Counted from the stretch's first letter, positions 46,203-58,051 are shown. The stretch is DNA of 63,999 nucleotides from an uncultured Brachymonas sp. (GCA_964442555.1 CAYUAF010000001.1:1-63999), one strand, 5' to 3'. Notes: generated by a model from the sequence alone, not told the origin. Numbers and translations: made by a program.

Positions 46203-47555
46203 ATGGGCATGCTCAAACGGCGCTCCTTGCATCCATCGGCCATTGTGGCGATGGGTTTTATGGGGGCGATTGCCATCTCTACCCTTGTGTTGCTGTTGCC
46301 CGTGTCGCGCGCGGATGCTGCTTCGTCGCCCGATGTGATGGCGGCGTTTTTCACGGCGGTGTCAGCCGTTTGCGTAACCGGGCTTACCGTGGTGGATACG
46401 GGCACGTACTGGAGCACGTTTGGCCATGTGGCCTTGATGGTGATGGTGCAAGTGGGCGGCTTTGGCATGATGGTGTCTGCCACGCTGCTGGGCTTGTGGG
46501 CGGCGCGTTCTATGCGGCTGCGCATGCGGGTGCTGCTGCAATCCGAAACGCGGGCATTGTCGATGGGCGATGTGCACGGCGTGCTGGCTGCGGCTTTGAT
46601 TACCACGCTTGCCATTGAATTGCTGGCCGCCTTGTGGATGGCGGTACGTTTCGGCTGGGTGTATGGCAAAAGCTGGGGCGAGGCGCTGTGGCTGGGAGTG
46701 TTCCATGCCGTATCGGGCTTTAACAATGCGGGGTTTTCGCTGTTCCCCAACGGTTTGATGGACTTTGCCGGTGACGGCTGGATGCTGACGCCGCTCATGC
46801 TGTGCATTGTGATTGGGGGGCTGGGCTTTCCGGTGCTGTACGAGCTGTGGCAGCGCCTGCACACCAAGGGCATCTTGCCGCGCATGAGTATTCATGCCCA
46901 CCTCACGCTGGTGATGACGGTTGCGCTGCTGCTATTGGGCACGCTGGGGATTTTGGTTTTTGAATGGAACAACAGCCAAACATTGGCGCCGCTGCCATGG
47001 GGCGAAAAATGGCTGGCCGCCCTGTTTACATCGGTTGCGGCCCGCACGGCGGGCTTTCACGTGCTGGACTTGGGCCATTTGCACACCGAGTCGTATGTTT
47101 TGCATTATTTGCTCATGTTCGTGGGCGCAGGCAGTTCGGGCACGGGCGGGGGCATCAAAGTCACAACCGTAGGCGTGTTGCTGGTGGCCGTGTGGAGCGA
47201 GTTGCGCAGCTACCCCGATGCGGAGTTTGCCGGCCGGCGCATTTGCCCCACTGTGCTGCGGCAAGCCTTGACGTTGCTGGTGCTGGCTTGCAGCATTGTG
47301 GTGCTGGCCAGCCTGCTGGTGATGCCTATGGTGGGTTTCGCCTACGAATATGTGCTGTTTGAAATTTTGTCCGCCTTCAGCACCACGGGGGTCTCCGCGG
47401 GTATTACGGCAAAATTGCCCGTTGCCGTGCAACTGATTTTGATTGCATTGATGTTTATCGGGCGGGTAGGGGTTGTGACGCTGGGCGTAGCCTTGGCCGC
47501 ACAGCCATACCGGGCCAGCTACCGTTATCCGGAGGAAAAGCCAATTGTTGGGTAA
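46203..47555 (+). CDS. TrkH/KtrB-family potassium transporter membrane subunit
   Basis: Four P-loops SAVCVTGL, SGFNNAGF, ARTAGF, SAFSTTGVS; GTGGGIK; MFIGRVG; YRYPEEKPIVG tail. Start uncertain. Confidence 0.92.
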   Translation: MGMLKRRSLHPSAIVAMGFMGAIAISTLVLLLPVSRADAASSPDVMAAFFTAVSAVCVTGLTVVDTGTYWSTFGHVALMVMVQVGGFGMMVSATLLGLWAARSMRLRMRVLLQSETRALSMGDVHGVLAAALITTLAIELLAALWMAVRFGWVYGKSWGEALWLGVFHAVSGFNNAGFSLFPNGLMDFAGDGWMLTPLMLCIVIGGLGFPVLYELWQRLHTKGILPRMSIHAHLTLVMTVALLLLGTLGILVFEWNNSQTLAPLPWGEKWLAALFTSVAARTAGFHVLDLGHLHTESYVLHYLLMFVGAGSSGTGGGIKVTTVGVLLVAVWSELRSYPDAEFAGRRICPTVLRQALTLLVLACSIVVLASLLVMPMVGFAYEYVLFEILSAFSTTGVSAGITAKLPVAVQLILIALMFIGRVGVVTLGVALAAQPYRASYRYPEEKPIVG

Positions 47556-48282
47556 ATTGTTTGAAGCCATCAGCGGCAAAAAGCGTTTTGTGGCGGCTGA
47601 TGAGTCCGATTGCATCATGGTGATTGGGCTGGGGCGTTTTGGTACGGCTGTTGCCAAATCGCTGGTCAATCTGGGGCATCAGGTTTTGGCGGTAGATGCC
47701 AACTCCGAGCGCGTGCAAAACCTGGCGGATGAACTGCCGCATGTGGTGCAGGCCGATACCAGCGACCCGGAGCTGCTCAAGCAACTGGGCGTGCTGGACT
47801 TTTCGCATGTGGTAGTGGCGATTGGCAGTGATATGGAAGCCAGCGTGCTCACAACGCTGAATTTGAACCAGCTGGGCGTGCGCGATATTTGGGTCAAGGC
47901 GCATTCCGACGCACATGGCCGCATCGTGAAGCGCCTGGGCGCGCACCATGTCATCTTTCCGGAGCGGGACATGGGCGAGCGTGTGGCGCATCTGGTTACC
48001 AGCAAAATGATCGACTTTGTCGAATTTGTGGACGGTTTTGCCATTGCCAAAACAGCCGTTCCGCGCGAGCTGTACCGCCAAACCCTGGAACAAGGCAGCG
48101 TGCGCAGCCGCTTTAACATCACCGTGATGGGGGTCAAGCGCAGCAATGAGGAATTTATCGTCGCGCAGCCCGATACGCTGTTGCTGCCCAATGACATCTT
48201 GATCGTGGCCGGCAGCACCACCGATGTGGAAAACTTTGCCGCACAGGCTGTTATCTCGCCGCAGCTGGCGCAAAAATCATAA
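47545..48282 (+). CDS. TrkA/KtrA-family RCK regulatory subunit
   Basis: VIGLGRFG, VIFPERDMGERVAH; overlaps the membrane subunit; GGAGG RBS with a TTG start. Confidence 0.92.
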   Translation: MLGKLFEAISGKKRFVAADESDCIMVIGLGRFGTAVAKSLVNLGHQVLAVDANSERVQNLADELPHVVQADTSDPELLKQLGVLDFSHVVVAIGSDMEASVLTTLNLNQLGVRDIWVKAHSDAHGRIVKRLGAHHVIFPERDMGERVAHLVTSKMIDFVEFVDGFAIAKTAVPRELYRQTLEQGSVRSRFNITVMGVKRSNEEFIVAQPDTLLLPNDILIVAGSTTDVENFAAQAVISPQLAQKS

Positions 48283-48569
48283 AAGGCACACGCCCAACAT
48301 CCCTGTGCTTGCGAGGAGCAAAGCGCACATCGCGGCTTTTGGCACACACCCATGCAAAAGTATTTGCCATGCTGCATTGGGCTGTGCGGTTTGTTATCGG
48401 CCTGCGTTTGTATTGGCGCCAGTAAAGCAGAAAGGCGGGCAAACGCGGGGTTTTGCGGGTTTTATCGGCATCAAACGTCGGCACCAAACAGCAGGCGCAC
48501 GCCGTGCATGCGGCCAATACGGGCAACCTGCCAGCACCAACTATTCAGGAATAGGAGGGTGTTTGATGG

Positions 48570-49148
48570 CTACTTGCACAAACCGTATTGCTGCAACACC
48601 TCTTGCCAGGCCGCGCGCTTGCGCTCCAGGCTCCAACTGGCATTGGCTGGGCTGGTAGAAGGCAGCTTGTGCACGGGCAACCCCAGTGCCGCCGTGTGCT
48701 TGTGGTGCCGCCAGCTTTCGCCACCATTGTGGGCAATGGCCTGCAAATGCGGGCACTGCTTCACCAAAGCGGCAAAGTCGTTGACAGTGGCGCAGGTAAT
48801 GGCGCTATCCAGGCTGCCTTGCCTTTGGCAACTGGCGTACACATCCCAAATGCCCAAGCCGTGCGCCAATGCCTGCGCACAGCGTTCCGCGTAGGGCAAA
48901 ACTATCAGGTCTTGCCCCCATAGCATGCCCAAAATGCGCCAGAACTGATTTTGCGGATGCGCGTAATACTGCTGCATAGCCAGAGAGCGCACCCCCGGAA
49001 AACTACCCAACACCAGCAACCGCGTATGGGGTGCTACCAACGGCGCCAGGCCGTGCAGCAAAGTGCCGGCATCTGCCGGATTGGAGGAAGGCGTTTGGGT
49101 CAGGGCGTTGATGCGTGGGCGGGCCGGGAATGATGGCTTGTTACTCAT
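48570..49148 (-). CDS. UDG-superfamily DNA glycosylase (hypoxanthine / deoxyinosine-DNA glycosylase-like)
   Basis: LGSFPGVRSL..QQYYAHPQNQFW (motif 1), GSLDSAI, LPSTSPANA (motif 2). Confidence 0.88.
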   Translation of the reverse strand: MSNKPSFPARPRINALTQTPSSNPADAGTLLHGLAPLVAPHTRLLVLGSFPGVRSLAMQQYYAHPQNQFWRILGMLWGQDLIVLPYAERCAQALAHGLGIWDVYASCQRQGSLDSAITCATVNDFAALVKQCPHLQAIAHNGGESWRHHKHTAALGLPVHKLPSTSPANASWSLERKRAAWQEVLQQYGLCK

Positions 49149-49938
49149 GCCAATGTTCGGCTACCCATAGGGCCGGGCGAATAAAGCGAAAGCGCCGGTT
49201 GCGCCGTCCGGCCAGGGCGTCGGGCGGGTTACATTCTCCGTGAAAGATCACGATGCGGGCATTGGGGGGAACGAAGGGCGGCTTCCAGTAATTGCCGGGC
49301 CACGCAGGGATGCAGTGGTATTTGAAGCTGGGGCACCAGTCGGCAGGCCAGTAGGCCAGTTTGCCTTGCTTGTGCAAAAAGTCCGAAAGGTAAGCTTGCT
49401 CATTGCGGAATTGCGTGCGGATTTCGGCAAAGTGCGCGCGGAAGTAGTCCAGCACATCCGGGTGGGCACCGATTTCAAAGCGGTAAACAGACGAATTGCC
49501 CGTAATACGCCAGGGGCGTTTGTAGTCGTGAATGATGAGAAATTCGCCGGGCTGGGTGAAAAAGTCGTCCAGCGCACCGGTGATGACGACATCCACATCC
49601 AGAAACAGCGCCGTGCCGTGCAAGCCGTATACGTCGCGCAAGTCGGTGCTGAAGGTGGTGAGCTTGTTCCAGCCGCGTTCAGGTATGCCTGCGGGCAAGG
49701 CCAGCGGCGGAATAGGGAAGGTCTCTACTTCGCGGCGCAGCCCCTCGCTGTTATCGGTTAGGCAGATAAAGCGAAAGTCGCCTTGCAGATTGCGGCGCAC
49801 CATGCCGTAGAGGCGATTGACATACTCCGGCCCGTATTTGGTACCCCATTTCATGCACACAATAAAACGCTCGCGCGGGGGCAAGGTGTCATCGTGCGTG
49901 TGACGGGCGGTAGCAGGGGTAGCGGTGTTGGTGGGCAT
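49141..49938 (-). CDS. Small GT-A-fold glycosyltransferase (CMKWGTKY type)
   Basis: CMKWGTKYGPEYVNRLY, FICLTD, GWNKL, LFLDVDVVI (DxD), GNSSVYRF, IFHGECNP; stop overlaps the glycosylase start by 8 nt. Confidence 0.8.
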   Translation of the reverse strand: MPTNTATPATARHTHDDTLPPRERFIVCMKWGTKYGPEYVNRLYGMVRRNLQGDFRFICLTDNSEGLRREVETFPIPPLALPAGIPERGWNKLTTFSTDLRDVYGLHGTALFLDVDVVITGALDDFFTQPGEFLIIHDYKRPWRITGNSSVYRFEIGAHPDVLDYFRAHFAEIRTQFRNEQAYLSDFLHKQGKLAYWPADWCPSFKYHCIPAWPGNYWKPPFVPPNARIVIFHGECNPPDALAGRRNRRFRFIRPALWVAEHWHE

Positions 49939-49979
49939 GGCGGGGCGGCAGCGGCAGGCGGGGCGAGAAAGGGCAGGGC

Positions 49980-50453
49980 TTAGTCTACCTGGCGTTTTTT
50001 AGGCGACACTTTTTTGGGGCGAGCGCGTTTGATTTTGCCGCCAGCCGTGAGCCGTTCGTTGCCCAGCACACGCAGCATGCGTACTTCGGGGCGTTGGCCG
50101 CCGCGCTTGCTATTTTTGATGACTTTGACGGTACGCGGGCCGGGCATGCGGTCTTCATCCACCGTTTTGGTTTTGGCAGGCATGGGGCGCCACAGCACCA
50201 GCAGCTTGCCAATGTGCTGCACGGGGGCGGCGTTCAAGTCGGCGGCCATGCTTTGGTAGATAAGCTCGCGCGCGGCGCGGTCGTCATTGGCTACGCGAAT
50301 TTTGATCAGGCCGTGGGCAGACAAGGCGGCGTCTGTTTCGCGCAGCACTGCGTCGGTCAGGCCGTCTGCGCCGATCATGACGACGGGATCAAGATGGTGG
50401 GCAGCCGCACGGTGTGCGCGGCGCTCGGCGGGAGTCAATACAATTTGAGGCAT
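49980..50453 (-). CDS. yhbY: YhbY/CRM-family RNA-binding protein
   Basis: [32 protein letters not shown]; divergent from rlmE. Confidence 0.92.
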   Translation of the reverse strand: MPQIVLTPAERRAHRAAAHHLDPVVMIGADGLTDAVLRETDAALSAHGLIKIRVANDDRAARELIYQSMAADLNAAPVQHIGKLLVLWRPMPAKTKTVDEDRMPGPRTVKVIKNSKRGGQRPEVRMLRVLGNERLTAGGKIKRARPKKVSPKKRQVD

Positions 50454-50482
50454 GGCAGAAACAAGAGAGTAGGCAATCAGCG

Positions 50483-51148
50483 ATGAAAATCAAAACCAAA
50501 AGCAAAAAAGTCAACAAGGCATGGCTGAACGATCATATCAACGACCCTTACGTCAAACTGGCGCAGAAAGAAGGGTATCGCTCCCGCGCGGCGTACAAGC
50601 TCAAGGAAATTGACGAGGCCTTGCGTCTGATTCGTCCTGGGCACACGGTAGTGGATTTGGGTAGCGCCCCTGGCGCATGGAGCCAGTATCTGCGCCGCAA
50701 GTTGGCACCGGAAGGCGCTGCTTCGGGCGCGCTGAATGGCCGCATTATCGCACTGGACATGCTGCCAATGGAGCATGTGGAAGATGTGCAGTTTCTGCAA
50801 GGCGACTTTCGTGAAGAAAGCGTTTTGCAGCAGTTGCAGGATATTTTGCAGGGGCAAAAGGCCGATGTGGTGGTGTCGGATATGGCTCCCAATCTGTCGG
50901 GCGTAGAGTCTGCCGATTCGGCTCGTGTGGCGCATTTGATCGAGCTGGCGCTGGAGTTTGCGCAGCAGCACATGAAGCCGGAGGGCACATTGGTGACCAA
51001 AGTGTTTCACGGCAGTGGCTACAGCCAGTTGGTGGAGCTGTTTAAACAATATTTCGTAACCGTTAAGCCGTTCAAGCCCAAAGCATCCCGAGACAAATCG
51101 GCCGAAACCTTTTTGGTCGGCATGAAGCTGAAGCACCCGTCTGCGTAG
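50483..51148 (+). CDS. rlmE: 23S rRNA Um2552 methyltransferase
   Basis: [39 protein letters not shown]. Confidence 0.96.
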   Translation: MKIKTKSKKVNKAWLNDHINDPYVKLAQKEGYRSRAAYKLKEIDEALRLIRPGHTVVDLGSAPGAWSQYLRRKLAPEGAASGALNGRIIALDMLPMEHVEDVQFLQGDFREESVLQQLQDILQGQKADVVVSDMAPNLSGVESADSARVAHLIELALEFAQQHMKPEGTLVTKVFHGSGYSQLVELFKQYFVTVKPFKPKASRDKSAETFLVGMKLKHPSA

Positions 51149-51388
51149 CCAATGCATTGATCCGCAGCGGTCAAGGCCGCCGGGCGGTGCGGCTGTTGGC
51201 AGAGCCAAACAGGCCGGGTGAACAAAGCGTTGCTGCAAAGGGCGGGCATTTGTCGGGCTGATGCCTGCCGCCTGCACCCGAATCTTGAAACCTTTAGAAT
51301 GGCATCCATATACGGTCGCGGATATGGCGGCTGCCATTTTTCTTTTTCCATCCCTATGCTGGATTTTTGCTGAGCGGAGCGCTTCAAC

Positions 51389-53308
51389 TTGAATAAACAA
51401 TGGTTTCCTAAAATTTCGGTCTTGCTCCTGGTGTTCATGGTGCTCATCACGCTATACAAGCATTTTGAAGGGCGTGAGGCAGCCAGCGTCACCACTTTGG
51501 ACTATTCCGAATTCATCGCGCAAGTCAATGATCGCAAGATCAAAAAAGCCACGATTCAAGAAGGGCCTGGGCGCAGCGCTGAAATTACCGCCACTACGGT
51601 AGACGACAAGGCCGTGCGCACCACGGCCACCAGCATGGATCAGGGCCTGATTGGCGATTTGATCAAGTCGGACGTCAAGTTCAACGTCAAGCCGCGCGAA
51701 GAAAGCTCTTTGCTGCTGCTGCTTTTGGTGAACTACGGCCCGATTCTTTTGTTGATGGCGGTGTTTCTCTACGTGATGCGGCAAATGCAGGGCGGCGGCA
51801 AAGGCGGCGCCTTCAGCTTTGGCAAAAGCAAAGCCCGCATGATGGACGAAAACAATAACCAGATCACTTTCTCCGACGTGGCTGGCGCTGACGAGGCCAA
51901 GGAAGAAGTCAAGGAAGTGGTGGACTTTCTGAAAGATCCGCAAAAATTCCAGAAACTGGGGGGGCGCATCCCGCGCGGCTTGCTGCTGGTAGGCCCTCCG
52001 GGCACCGGCAAAACGCTGCTGGCCAAGGCCATTGCGGGCGAAGCCAAAGTGCCTTTCTTCAGCATCAGCGGTTCGGACTTTGTGGAAATGTTTGTCGGCG
52101 TGGGCGCGGCCCGCGTGCGCGACATGTTTGAAAACGCCAAAAAGAACGCGCCTTGCATCATCTTTATCGACGAGATTGATGCCGTAGGCCGCCAGCGTGG
52201 CGCAGGCTTGGGCGGCGGTAACGACGAGCGCGAGCAAACCCTGAACCAAATGCTGGTGGAAATGGACGGGTTCGAAACCAATCTGGGCGTAATCGTGGTT
52301 GCTGCAACCAACCGCCCCGACATTCTCGACCAAGCCTTGCTGCGCCCTGGCCGTTTTGACCGCCAGGTGTATGTCACGCTGCCCGATATTCGTGGCCGCG
52401 AGCAGATTCTGAATGTGCACATGCGCAAAATTCCAGTCGCGCAAGACGTGAATGTTTCCGTCATCGCACGCGGCACGCCGGGCATGAGCGGAGCCGACTT
52501 GGCTAATCTGTGCAATGAGGCGGCTTTGATGGCTGCGCGCCGCAACGCCCGCTTGGTGGAAATGCAGGATTTTGAAAAAGCCAAAGACAAAATCTTTATG
52601 GGGCCGGAGCGCCGCAGCATGGTCATGACCGAAGAGGAAAAACGGGCCACTGCCTACCACGAATCGGGCCATGCCATCGTAGCCGAGGTGCTACCGGGCA
52701 CCGACCCCGTGCACAAAGTCACCATCATGCCGCGTGGCCGCGCATTGGGCGTAACCTGGCAGTTGCCCGAGCGCGACCGCTACAGCATGTATTACGACCA
52801 AATGCTCAATGAAATCAGCGTGTTGTTTGGTGGCCGTATTGCCGAAGACCTGTTCGTGAAGAAGATTTCGACAGGCGCTTCCAACGACTACGAACGCGCA
52901 ACCAAAATCGCCCGTGATATGGTTACCCGCTACGGCATGAGTGCGGCCATGGGGCCCATGGTCTATGCCGAAAACGAGGGCGAGGTGTTCCTGGGGCGCA
53001 GCGTGACCAAAACCACCAATATCAGCGAGGCGACTCAGCAGAAGGTGGACTTGGAAATTCGCCGCATTCTCGAAGAACAGTACGCAGTCGCTCAGAAAAT
53101 TCTGGAAGACAACCGCGACAAGATGGAAGCCATGACAGCTGCGCTCATGAAATGGGAAACCATCGGGCGCGAGCAGGTTGAAGACATCATGGCAGGCCGC
53201 GAGCCGCAACCGCCCAGCGACTGGACGCCTAAGCTGCCGCCGCGCGATGGCAGCAGCGGCATGCCACCTGCCGTGCCAGAGGTTACGCCTACCCCTACGG
53301 CCGGTTGA
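51389..53308 (+). CDS. ftsH: ATP-dependent zinc metalloprotease FtsH
   Basis: Two TM segments, [36 protein letters not shown]; TTG start with a GGAG RBS. Confidence 0.98.
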   Translation: MNKQWFPKISVLLLVFMVLITLYKHFEGREAASVTTLDYSEFIAQVNDRKIKKATIQEGPGRSAEITATTVDDKAVRTTATSMDQGLIGDLIKSDVKFNVKPREESSLLLLLLVNYGPILLLMAVFLYVMRQMQGGGKGGAFSFGKSKARMMDENNNQITFSDVAGADEAKEEVKEVVDFLKDPQKFQKLGGRIPRGLLLVGPPGTGKTLLAKAIAGEAKVPFFSISGSDFVEMFVGVGAARVRDMFENAKKNAPCIIFIDEIDAVGRQRGAGLGGGNDEREQTLNQMLVEMDGFETNLGVIVVAATNRPDILDQALLRPGRFDRQVYVTLPDIRGREQILNVHMRKIPVAQDVNVSVIARGTPGMSGADLANLCNEAALMAARRNARLVEMQDFEKAKDKIFMGPERRSMVMTEEEKRATAYHESGHAIVAEVLPGTDPVHKVTIMPRGRALGVTWQLPERDRYSMYYDQMLNEISVLFGGRIAEDLFVKKISTGASNDYERATKIARDMVTRYGMSAAMGPMVYAENEGEVFLGRSVTKTTNISEATQQKVDLEIRRILEEQYAVAQKILEDNRDKMEAMTAALMKWETIGREQVEDIMAGREPQPPSDWTPKLPPRDGSSGMPPAVPEVTPTPTAG

Positions 53309-53327
53309 TTTTTACGGCTTGCCAAAC

Positions 53328-53361
53328 CGACGCCACATCCTGCTCTTGGGGTGTGGCGTTG
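53328..53361 (+). other. 14-bp stem-loop between ftsH and folP without a U-tract (possible mRNA stabiliser)
   Basis: CGACGCCACATCCT-GCTCTT-GGGGTGTGGCGTTG, pairing with G-U wobbles. Confidence 0.5.
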
Positions 53362-53380
53362 TCGTATCAGGTCAAGGTGA

Positions 53381-54385
53381 ATGAAGAAAGCGCGCCCACC
53401 GCAATCAAATAGCAGCAATAGCAACATGCAGCAAACACAGCAGCTTCAAACGCAACAGTTTCCAACGCAACCACTTTTTTGGCAGGCGGGCCGTTTTCGG
53501 CTGGACTTGCAACGCGCTCACATCATGGGCATTGTCAATGTCACGCCCGATTCGTTTTCAGATGGCGGCCAGCATGCCGATACGCGCAGCGCGCTGCGGC
53601 ATGCCGAATCGCTGGTCTATCAGGGCGCGAGCATTCTGGATATTGGCGGGGAATCGACCCGACCAGGCGCGCCCCCTGTGACACTGGAAGAAGAATTGCG
53701 CCGCGTGCTGCCTGTCATCCAAGAAGCGGTGCGCTTGGGTGTAGCCATATCGGTAGATACCTACAAGCCCGAAGTGATGCAAGCCGCGCTGGATGCAGGC
53801 GCAGACATCATCAACGACATCCACGCCCTGCGTTGGCGCAGCAGCCCGCAGGGGCTGGATGGCGCGCAGCTTGTAGTGCAACACGCCAGCTGCGGGGTGT
53901 GCCTGATGCACATGCACCGCGACCCGCAAACCATGCAGGTGCAGCCCATGCAGGGCAGTGCGGATGAAGTGGTGCAGTCCGTGGCAGACTTTTTGCAGCA
54001 AAGGGCGCACATGCTTGAGCAATTGGGCGTGGCGCGTGAGCGCATCGTGCTGGATCCGGGCATTGGCTTTGGCAAAACCGTGCCGCAAAACCTGGCGCTG
54101 CTCAAGCACCAACAGCGCTTGCAGGCGGCGGGCTATGCCGTGCTGGCGGGGTGGTCGCGCAAATCGACCTTGGGCGCGGTGCTGGAGGCCTTGTCCCCCG
54201 GCATTACCGATGTGGCCAGCCGCAGCGATTTGCTGCCGCACGACCGCAGCCTGGCCAGTGTGGCGGCGGCCTTGCTGGCGGTAGAACACGGCGCGCGCAT
54301 TGTGCGCGTGCATGATGTGGCGGCAACCCGCCAGGCTTTGGCCGTATGGCATGCCATGCAGGCGCTGCATGTCGGCGCGGCATAA
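53381..54385 (+). CDS. folP: Dihydropteroate synthase
   Basis: MGIVNVTPDSFSDGG, DIGGESTRPG, DPGIGFGK, SRKS, IVRVHDV; alternative start 53426. Confidence 0.96.
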   Translation: MKKARPPQSNSSNSNMQQTQQLQTQQFPTQPLFWQAGRFRLDLQRAHIMGIVNVTPDSFSDGGQHADTRSALRHAESLVYQGASILDIGGESTRPGAPPVTLEEELRRVLPVIQEAVRLGVAISVDTYKPEVMQAALDAGADIINDIHALRWRSSPQGLDGAQLVVQHASCGVCLMHMHRDPQTMQVQPMQGSADEVVQSVADFLQQRAHMLEQLGVARERIVLDPGIGFGKTVPQNLALLKHQQRLQAAGYAVLAGWSRKSTLGAVLEALSPGITDVASRSDLLPHDRSLASVAAALLAVEHGARIVRVHDVAATRQALAVWHAMQALHVGAA

Positions 54386-54421
54386 TGGCGGCCTTGTTTT
54401 TTTAGTGTGGTGGCATCAACC

Positions 54422-55759
54422 ATGAAACAAAAATACTTCGGCACGGATGGCATTCGCGGCACGGTGGGCACCCCGCCCCTGACGCCTGACTTTGTTTTGC
54501 GCTTGGCCAATGCGGTTGGGCGCGTACTGAAGCAAGACTGCGACCGGCCCAAGGTATTGATCGGCAAAGACACGCGCATTTCCGGCTATATGTTCGAGAG
54601 CGCGCTGGAATCCGGCTTTAACGCTGCCGGGGTGGACGTGGTGCTGCTGGGGCCCGTGCCCACGCCGGCTGTGGCTTACCTTACCCGGGCGCAGCGGGCA
54701 ACGCTGGGCGTTGTCATCAGCGCCAGCCACAACCCGTTTGGTGACAACGGCATCAAGTTTTTCAGTGCGCAGGGCAACAAGCTGCCCGATGCGTGGGAGC
54801 TGGCAGTCGAGCAGGTGCTGGATGAGCCGTTGATGTGCGTACCCTCCGAAAAACTGGGCAAAACCACCCGCTTGCACGATGCAGATGGCCGCTACATCGA
54901 ATTCTGCAAAAGCACCTTCAGCCAGAACATGAGCTTGCATGGCTGCAAAATCGTGGTCGATGCTGCGCATGGCGCTGCTTATCACATCGCGCCTGCCGTG
55001 TTTCACGAGCTGGGAGCCGAGGTCATCTCTATGGGGTGCAGCCCTGACGGCTTGAATATCAACCGCGAAGTAGGCGCCACCCACCCCGAAGCTTTGATTG
55101 CCGCAGTGCAGGCCCAGCGTGCCGACTACGGCATTGCGCTGGATGGAGATGCCGACCGGCTGCTGATGGTAGATGGAACAGGCCGCATCTTCAACGGCGA
55201 CGAGCTGGTCTACCTGCTGGCACAAGACCGCCTGGCACAAGGCCAAACCGTGCCGGGGGTAGCTGGCACCTTGATGAGCAATATGGGCATTGAAACTGCG
55301 CTGGCGCGCCAAAACATCGAACTGGTGCGCGCCAAAGTAGGCGACCGGCATGTGCTGGAAGCCCTGCAGCAACGCAACTGGGTGATTGGGGGCGAAAGCT
55401 CTGGCCACATTCTGGTGCTGGACAAGCACTCCACCGGCGACGGCATCATCAGTGCCTTGCAGGTACTGCAAGCCGTGGTACGTAGCGGCAAGAGCATGGC
55501 CGCCATGCTGGCCGGTGCCGAGCTGTACCCGCAAACCATGATCAATGTGCGCATGCAGCCGGGTACGGACTGGAAAAACATACCAGCCCTGCAAAAAGCC
55601 ATTGCCGATGCTGAAGCTGCCTTGGCCGATACCGGGCGCGTGCTGATTCGTGCCAGCGGCACCGAGCCTGTGCTGCGCGTCATGGTCGAAGCGCGTGATG
55701 CAGCGCAATCCAAACATTGGGCCGAGCACATTGCGCAGCAGCTGCCGCCTGTGGCGTAA
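54422..55759 (+). CDS. glmM: Phosphoglucosamine mutase
   Basis: [36 protein letters not shown]. Confidence 0.97.
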   Translation: MKQKYFGTDGIRGTVGTPPLTPDFVLRLANAVGRVLKQDCDRPKVLIGKDTRISGYMFESALESGFNAAGVDVVLLGPVPTPAVAYLTRAQRATLGVVISASHNPFGDNGIKFFSAQGNKLPDAWELAVEQVLDEPLMCVPSEKLGKTTRLHDADGRYIEFCKSTFSQNMSLHGCKIVVDAAHGAAYHIAPAVFHELGAEVISMGCSPDGLNINREVGATHPEALIAAVQAQRADYGIALDGDADRLLMVDGTGRIFNGDELVYLLAQDRLAQGQTVPGVAGTLMSNMGIETALARQNIELVRAKVGDRHVLEALQQRNWVIGGESSGHILVLDKHSTGDGIISALQVLQAVVRSGKSMAAMLAGAELYPQTMINVRMQPGTDWKNIPALQKAIADAEAALADTGRVLIRASGTEPVLRVMVEARDAAQSKHWAEHIAQQLPPVA

Positions 55760-55855
55760 ATGGCGGCTGTTTAGTCGCTGTTGCAAGCAGGCGCGTGGTA
55801 AAACTGACCGGTCTGTCAATGTAGTCTTGCCAATGTGCAAGGCGGTTTGTTGCCA

Positions 55856-56133
55856 GGGTCTGTACACCCTATTTTTGGAGGATGCGTTGCGATCAAAAAT
55901 TACTGGCCGAGGCGCTTGCCGCAGCCAAGGCGTTATTCCTTGGCAAGGCGGGCAACAAGGGCGGATAGCTTTTTGATCACAACCCGAAGGGAATATGTCC
56001 AGCAAGCAGTCATTCGTTGTTGCGCTCCTTGCGCAGACACCCGGTCTGCGCATCGTTGCACGCCTAAATTGGCAACTTTGTGAGGCGGCTTTGTGAGTAT
56101 GTTCGCATCTCTAAAAATAGGGTGAACAGACCC
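55856..56133 (+). mobile_element. MITE family A, copy 3 (278 bp)
   Basis: TIRs GGGTCTGTACACCCTATTTTTGGAG / CTCTAAAAATAGGGTGAACAGACCC; colinear with 12981-13247; small internal CTTTGTGAG duplication. Confidence 0.9.
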
Positions 56134-56156
56134 TGAATTTTGCGAGCATTGAGCCC

Positions 56157-56795
56157 ATGCCCACCATTCTTTTTTATTTTGACTTTGCCTCGCCTTACGC
56201 TTACGTGGCGTTTCATCAGCTGCCGCAAATATTGGGCGGCATGGCGTGGCAGGTGCAATACCGGCCTGTTGCGCAGCAGCGTTTCATGCCAACGCAAGGC
56301 GATCTTGCTGTAGCCGGCCAGGCTTGCAGCCAACAGGCTTGGATGCAGCGCCATGCGCCATGGCTGGCAGCACAACACAAGCTGCCGTTTCAGTGGCCTT
56401 CTGCTTACCCGTTTAAATCGGCCACATGGCTGCGCATGGCCTTGGCGGCCAGCCCGCACGGGCAACCGGGCAGGCATGTGTGCGAGACCTTGTTCAACGC
56501 CATTTGGCAGCACGGGCACAACCCTAACGATTCCGGTGTGCAACGGCAGGCATGGCACGATGCCACAGCACTATTGCCTGCTGTGCGCCATGTGCCGGAT
56601 CAGCAATTGCAGCAGGAATTGTTCCGGCTGGAACAAGCCGCGCTGGCGCATGGCGTATGTGATGTGCCCGGCTTTGTGTTGCTGCCGCAGAATGAAACGG
56701 GCGGTATGCCTGAAATTTTCTGCGGTGTGGAAGGCCTGCCCATGCTGCGCGAGGCCGTACATTTACGGCAACTGTCCCGGCAACTGCCGGCTTGA
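56157..56795 (+). CDS. DsbA-like thioredoxin-fold protein (HCCA isomerase / GST-kappa family), diverged
   Basis: [36 protein letters not shown]. Confidence 0.75.
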   Translation: MPTILFYFDFASPYAYVAFHQLPQILGGMAWQVQYRPVAQQRFMPTQGDLAVAGQACSQQAWMQRHAPWLAAQHKLPFQWPSAYPFKSATWLRMALAASPHGQPGRHVCETLFNAIWQHGHNPNDSGVQRQAWHDATALLPAVRHVPDQQLQQELFRLEQAALAHGVCDVPGFVLLPQNETGGMPEIFCGVEGLPMLREAVHLRQLSRQLPA

Positions 56796-56829
56796 AGCGG
56801 CGCATCCACTTGAGGAGTATGGAAAGAAT

Positions 56830-57282
56830 ATGAAGGCGCTATTGCAAAGGGTGCGTTGGGCGCACGTGGCGGTAGAAGGGAAAAGAGTCGGCGCTATTGA
56901 ACAGGGCTTGTTGGCGCTGGTATGTGCCGAACCGCAGGATACGCCCGAAGTGGCCGAGAAGCTGCTGCTCAAAATGTTGAAACTGCGCATCTTCAGCGAT
57001 GAAGCAGGCAAGATGAACCGCAGCGTGCAAGACCTGGATGGCAACGGCAAGGCAGGGGGCCTGTTGCTGGTGAGCCAGTTTACGCTGGCGGCAGATTGCA
57101 GCAGTGGCAACCGTCCCAGCTTTACGGCGGCAGCGCCAGCCGCGCAGGGCGAAGCCTTGTTCAATCACCTGTTGCAGCGTGCGCGGGCACTGCATGCTCC
57201 GGTCGAGGCAGGCATTTTCGGCGCGGATATGCAAATCGAGCTACTCAACGATGGCCCGGTCACCATCTGGCTCCAGATGTAG
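56830..57282 (+). CDS. dtd: D-aminoacyl-tRNA deacylase
   Basis: [35 protein letters not shown]. Confidence 0.95.
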   Translation: MKALLQRVRWAHVAVEGKRVGAIEQGLLALVCAEPQDTPEVAEKLLLKMLKLRIFSDEAGKMNRSVQDLDGNGKAGGLLLVSQFTLAADCSSGNRPSFTAAAPAAQGEALFNHLLQRARALHAPVEAGIFGADMQIELLNDGPVTIWLQM

Positions 57283-57482
57283 CGCGCAGGCTTTTTGGTA
57301 GTTCTTTGGTTCTATCAAGCGGCTTGCGGCAGGCAAGTCATGCCGGTGTGTGCTTGTGGGGCTTTTATGGGCGGCAGGGCAGCCCCATATAATCCAATGT
57401 TTATGGGCTTTGCAGGCGTCTGTAGCGCAAGCTGGGCGCTGCTTCCGAGCCATTTTTAAATAATTGATGACATTGTTTTGCC

Positions 57483-57746
57483 ATGCCTATTTACGCTTAT
57501 CAGTGCGCAGCATGCGGCCACGTTCAAGACGTGCTGCAAAAACTCAGCGATGCGCCATTGACACAATGCCCGGCCTGCCAGGCTGAAAGTTTCAGCAAGC
57601 AGGTCACAGCAGCCGGTTTTCAGCTCAAAGGTTCGGGCTGGTACGAAACCGATTTCAAAAACGGCCCGGCTTGCGGCGCGGGCAACAAGGCAGCAGGCGG
57701 CCAGGCTGGCGCTTGTGCGGGCTGTCCGGCAGCGGCGCAGTCGTAA
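57483..57746 (+). CDS. FmdB-family zinc-ribbon protein
   Basis: MPIYAYQCAACGH...CPAC...FQLKGSGWYETDF. Confidence 0.9.
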   Translation: MPIYAYQCAACGHVQDVLQKLSDAPLTQCPACQAESFSKQVTAAGFQLKGSGWYETDFKNGPACGAGNKAAGGQAGACAGCPAAAQS

Positions 57747-58051
57747 AACGGAATCGGCTTTGAGCCTTGGCGGCACATCCAGCGCTGTTTTCATGTTTTA
57801 GCTTGCATGTTTAGGCTTCGTAATCTGGCGCGATAGTTTGATGGCCAGGCTGAGGCGACGCGTTGAAGATTGCACTGCATGTCGTTGAAACATTTGATTT
57901 TTGCAGCGGTGCCAGCCGTAGCTGCTAGGCAGGCTTGCTAGCCAAACAAGTCGCCCTTGGCGGCCTGATCTTTGTAGTGGATTTACGTAGCGAGTTATTT
58001 CGCCATTTACTAACCAAATATGCGCTTCATGCGCGGAAAGAACGATTCAAA

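Noticed and set aside
56353-56829. Apparent long N-terminal fusion to Dtd
   Set aside because: It is an alternate frame of the DsbA-like gene; Dtd starts at MKALLQRV (56830).
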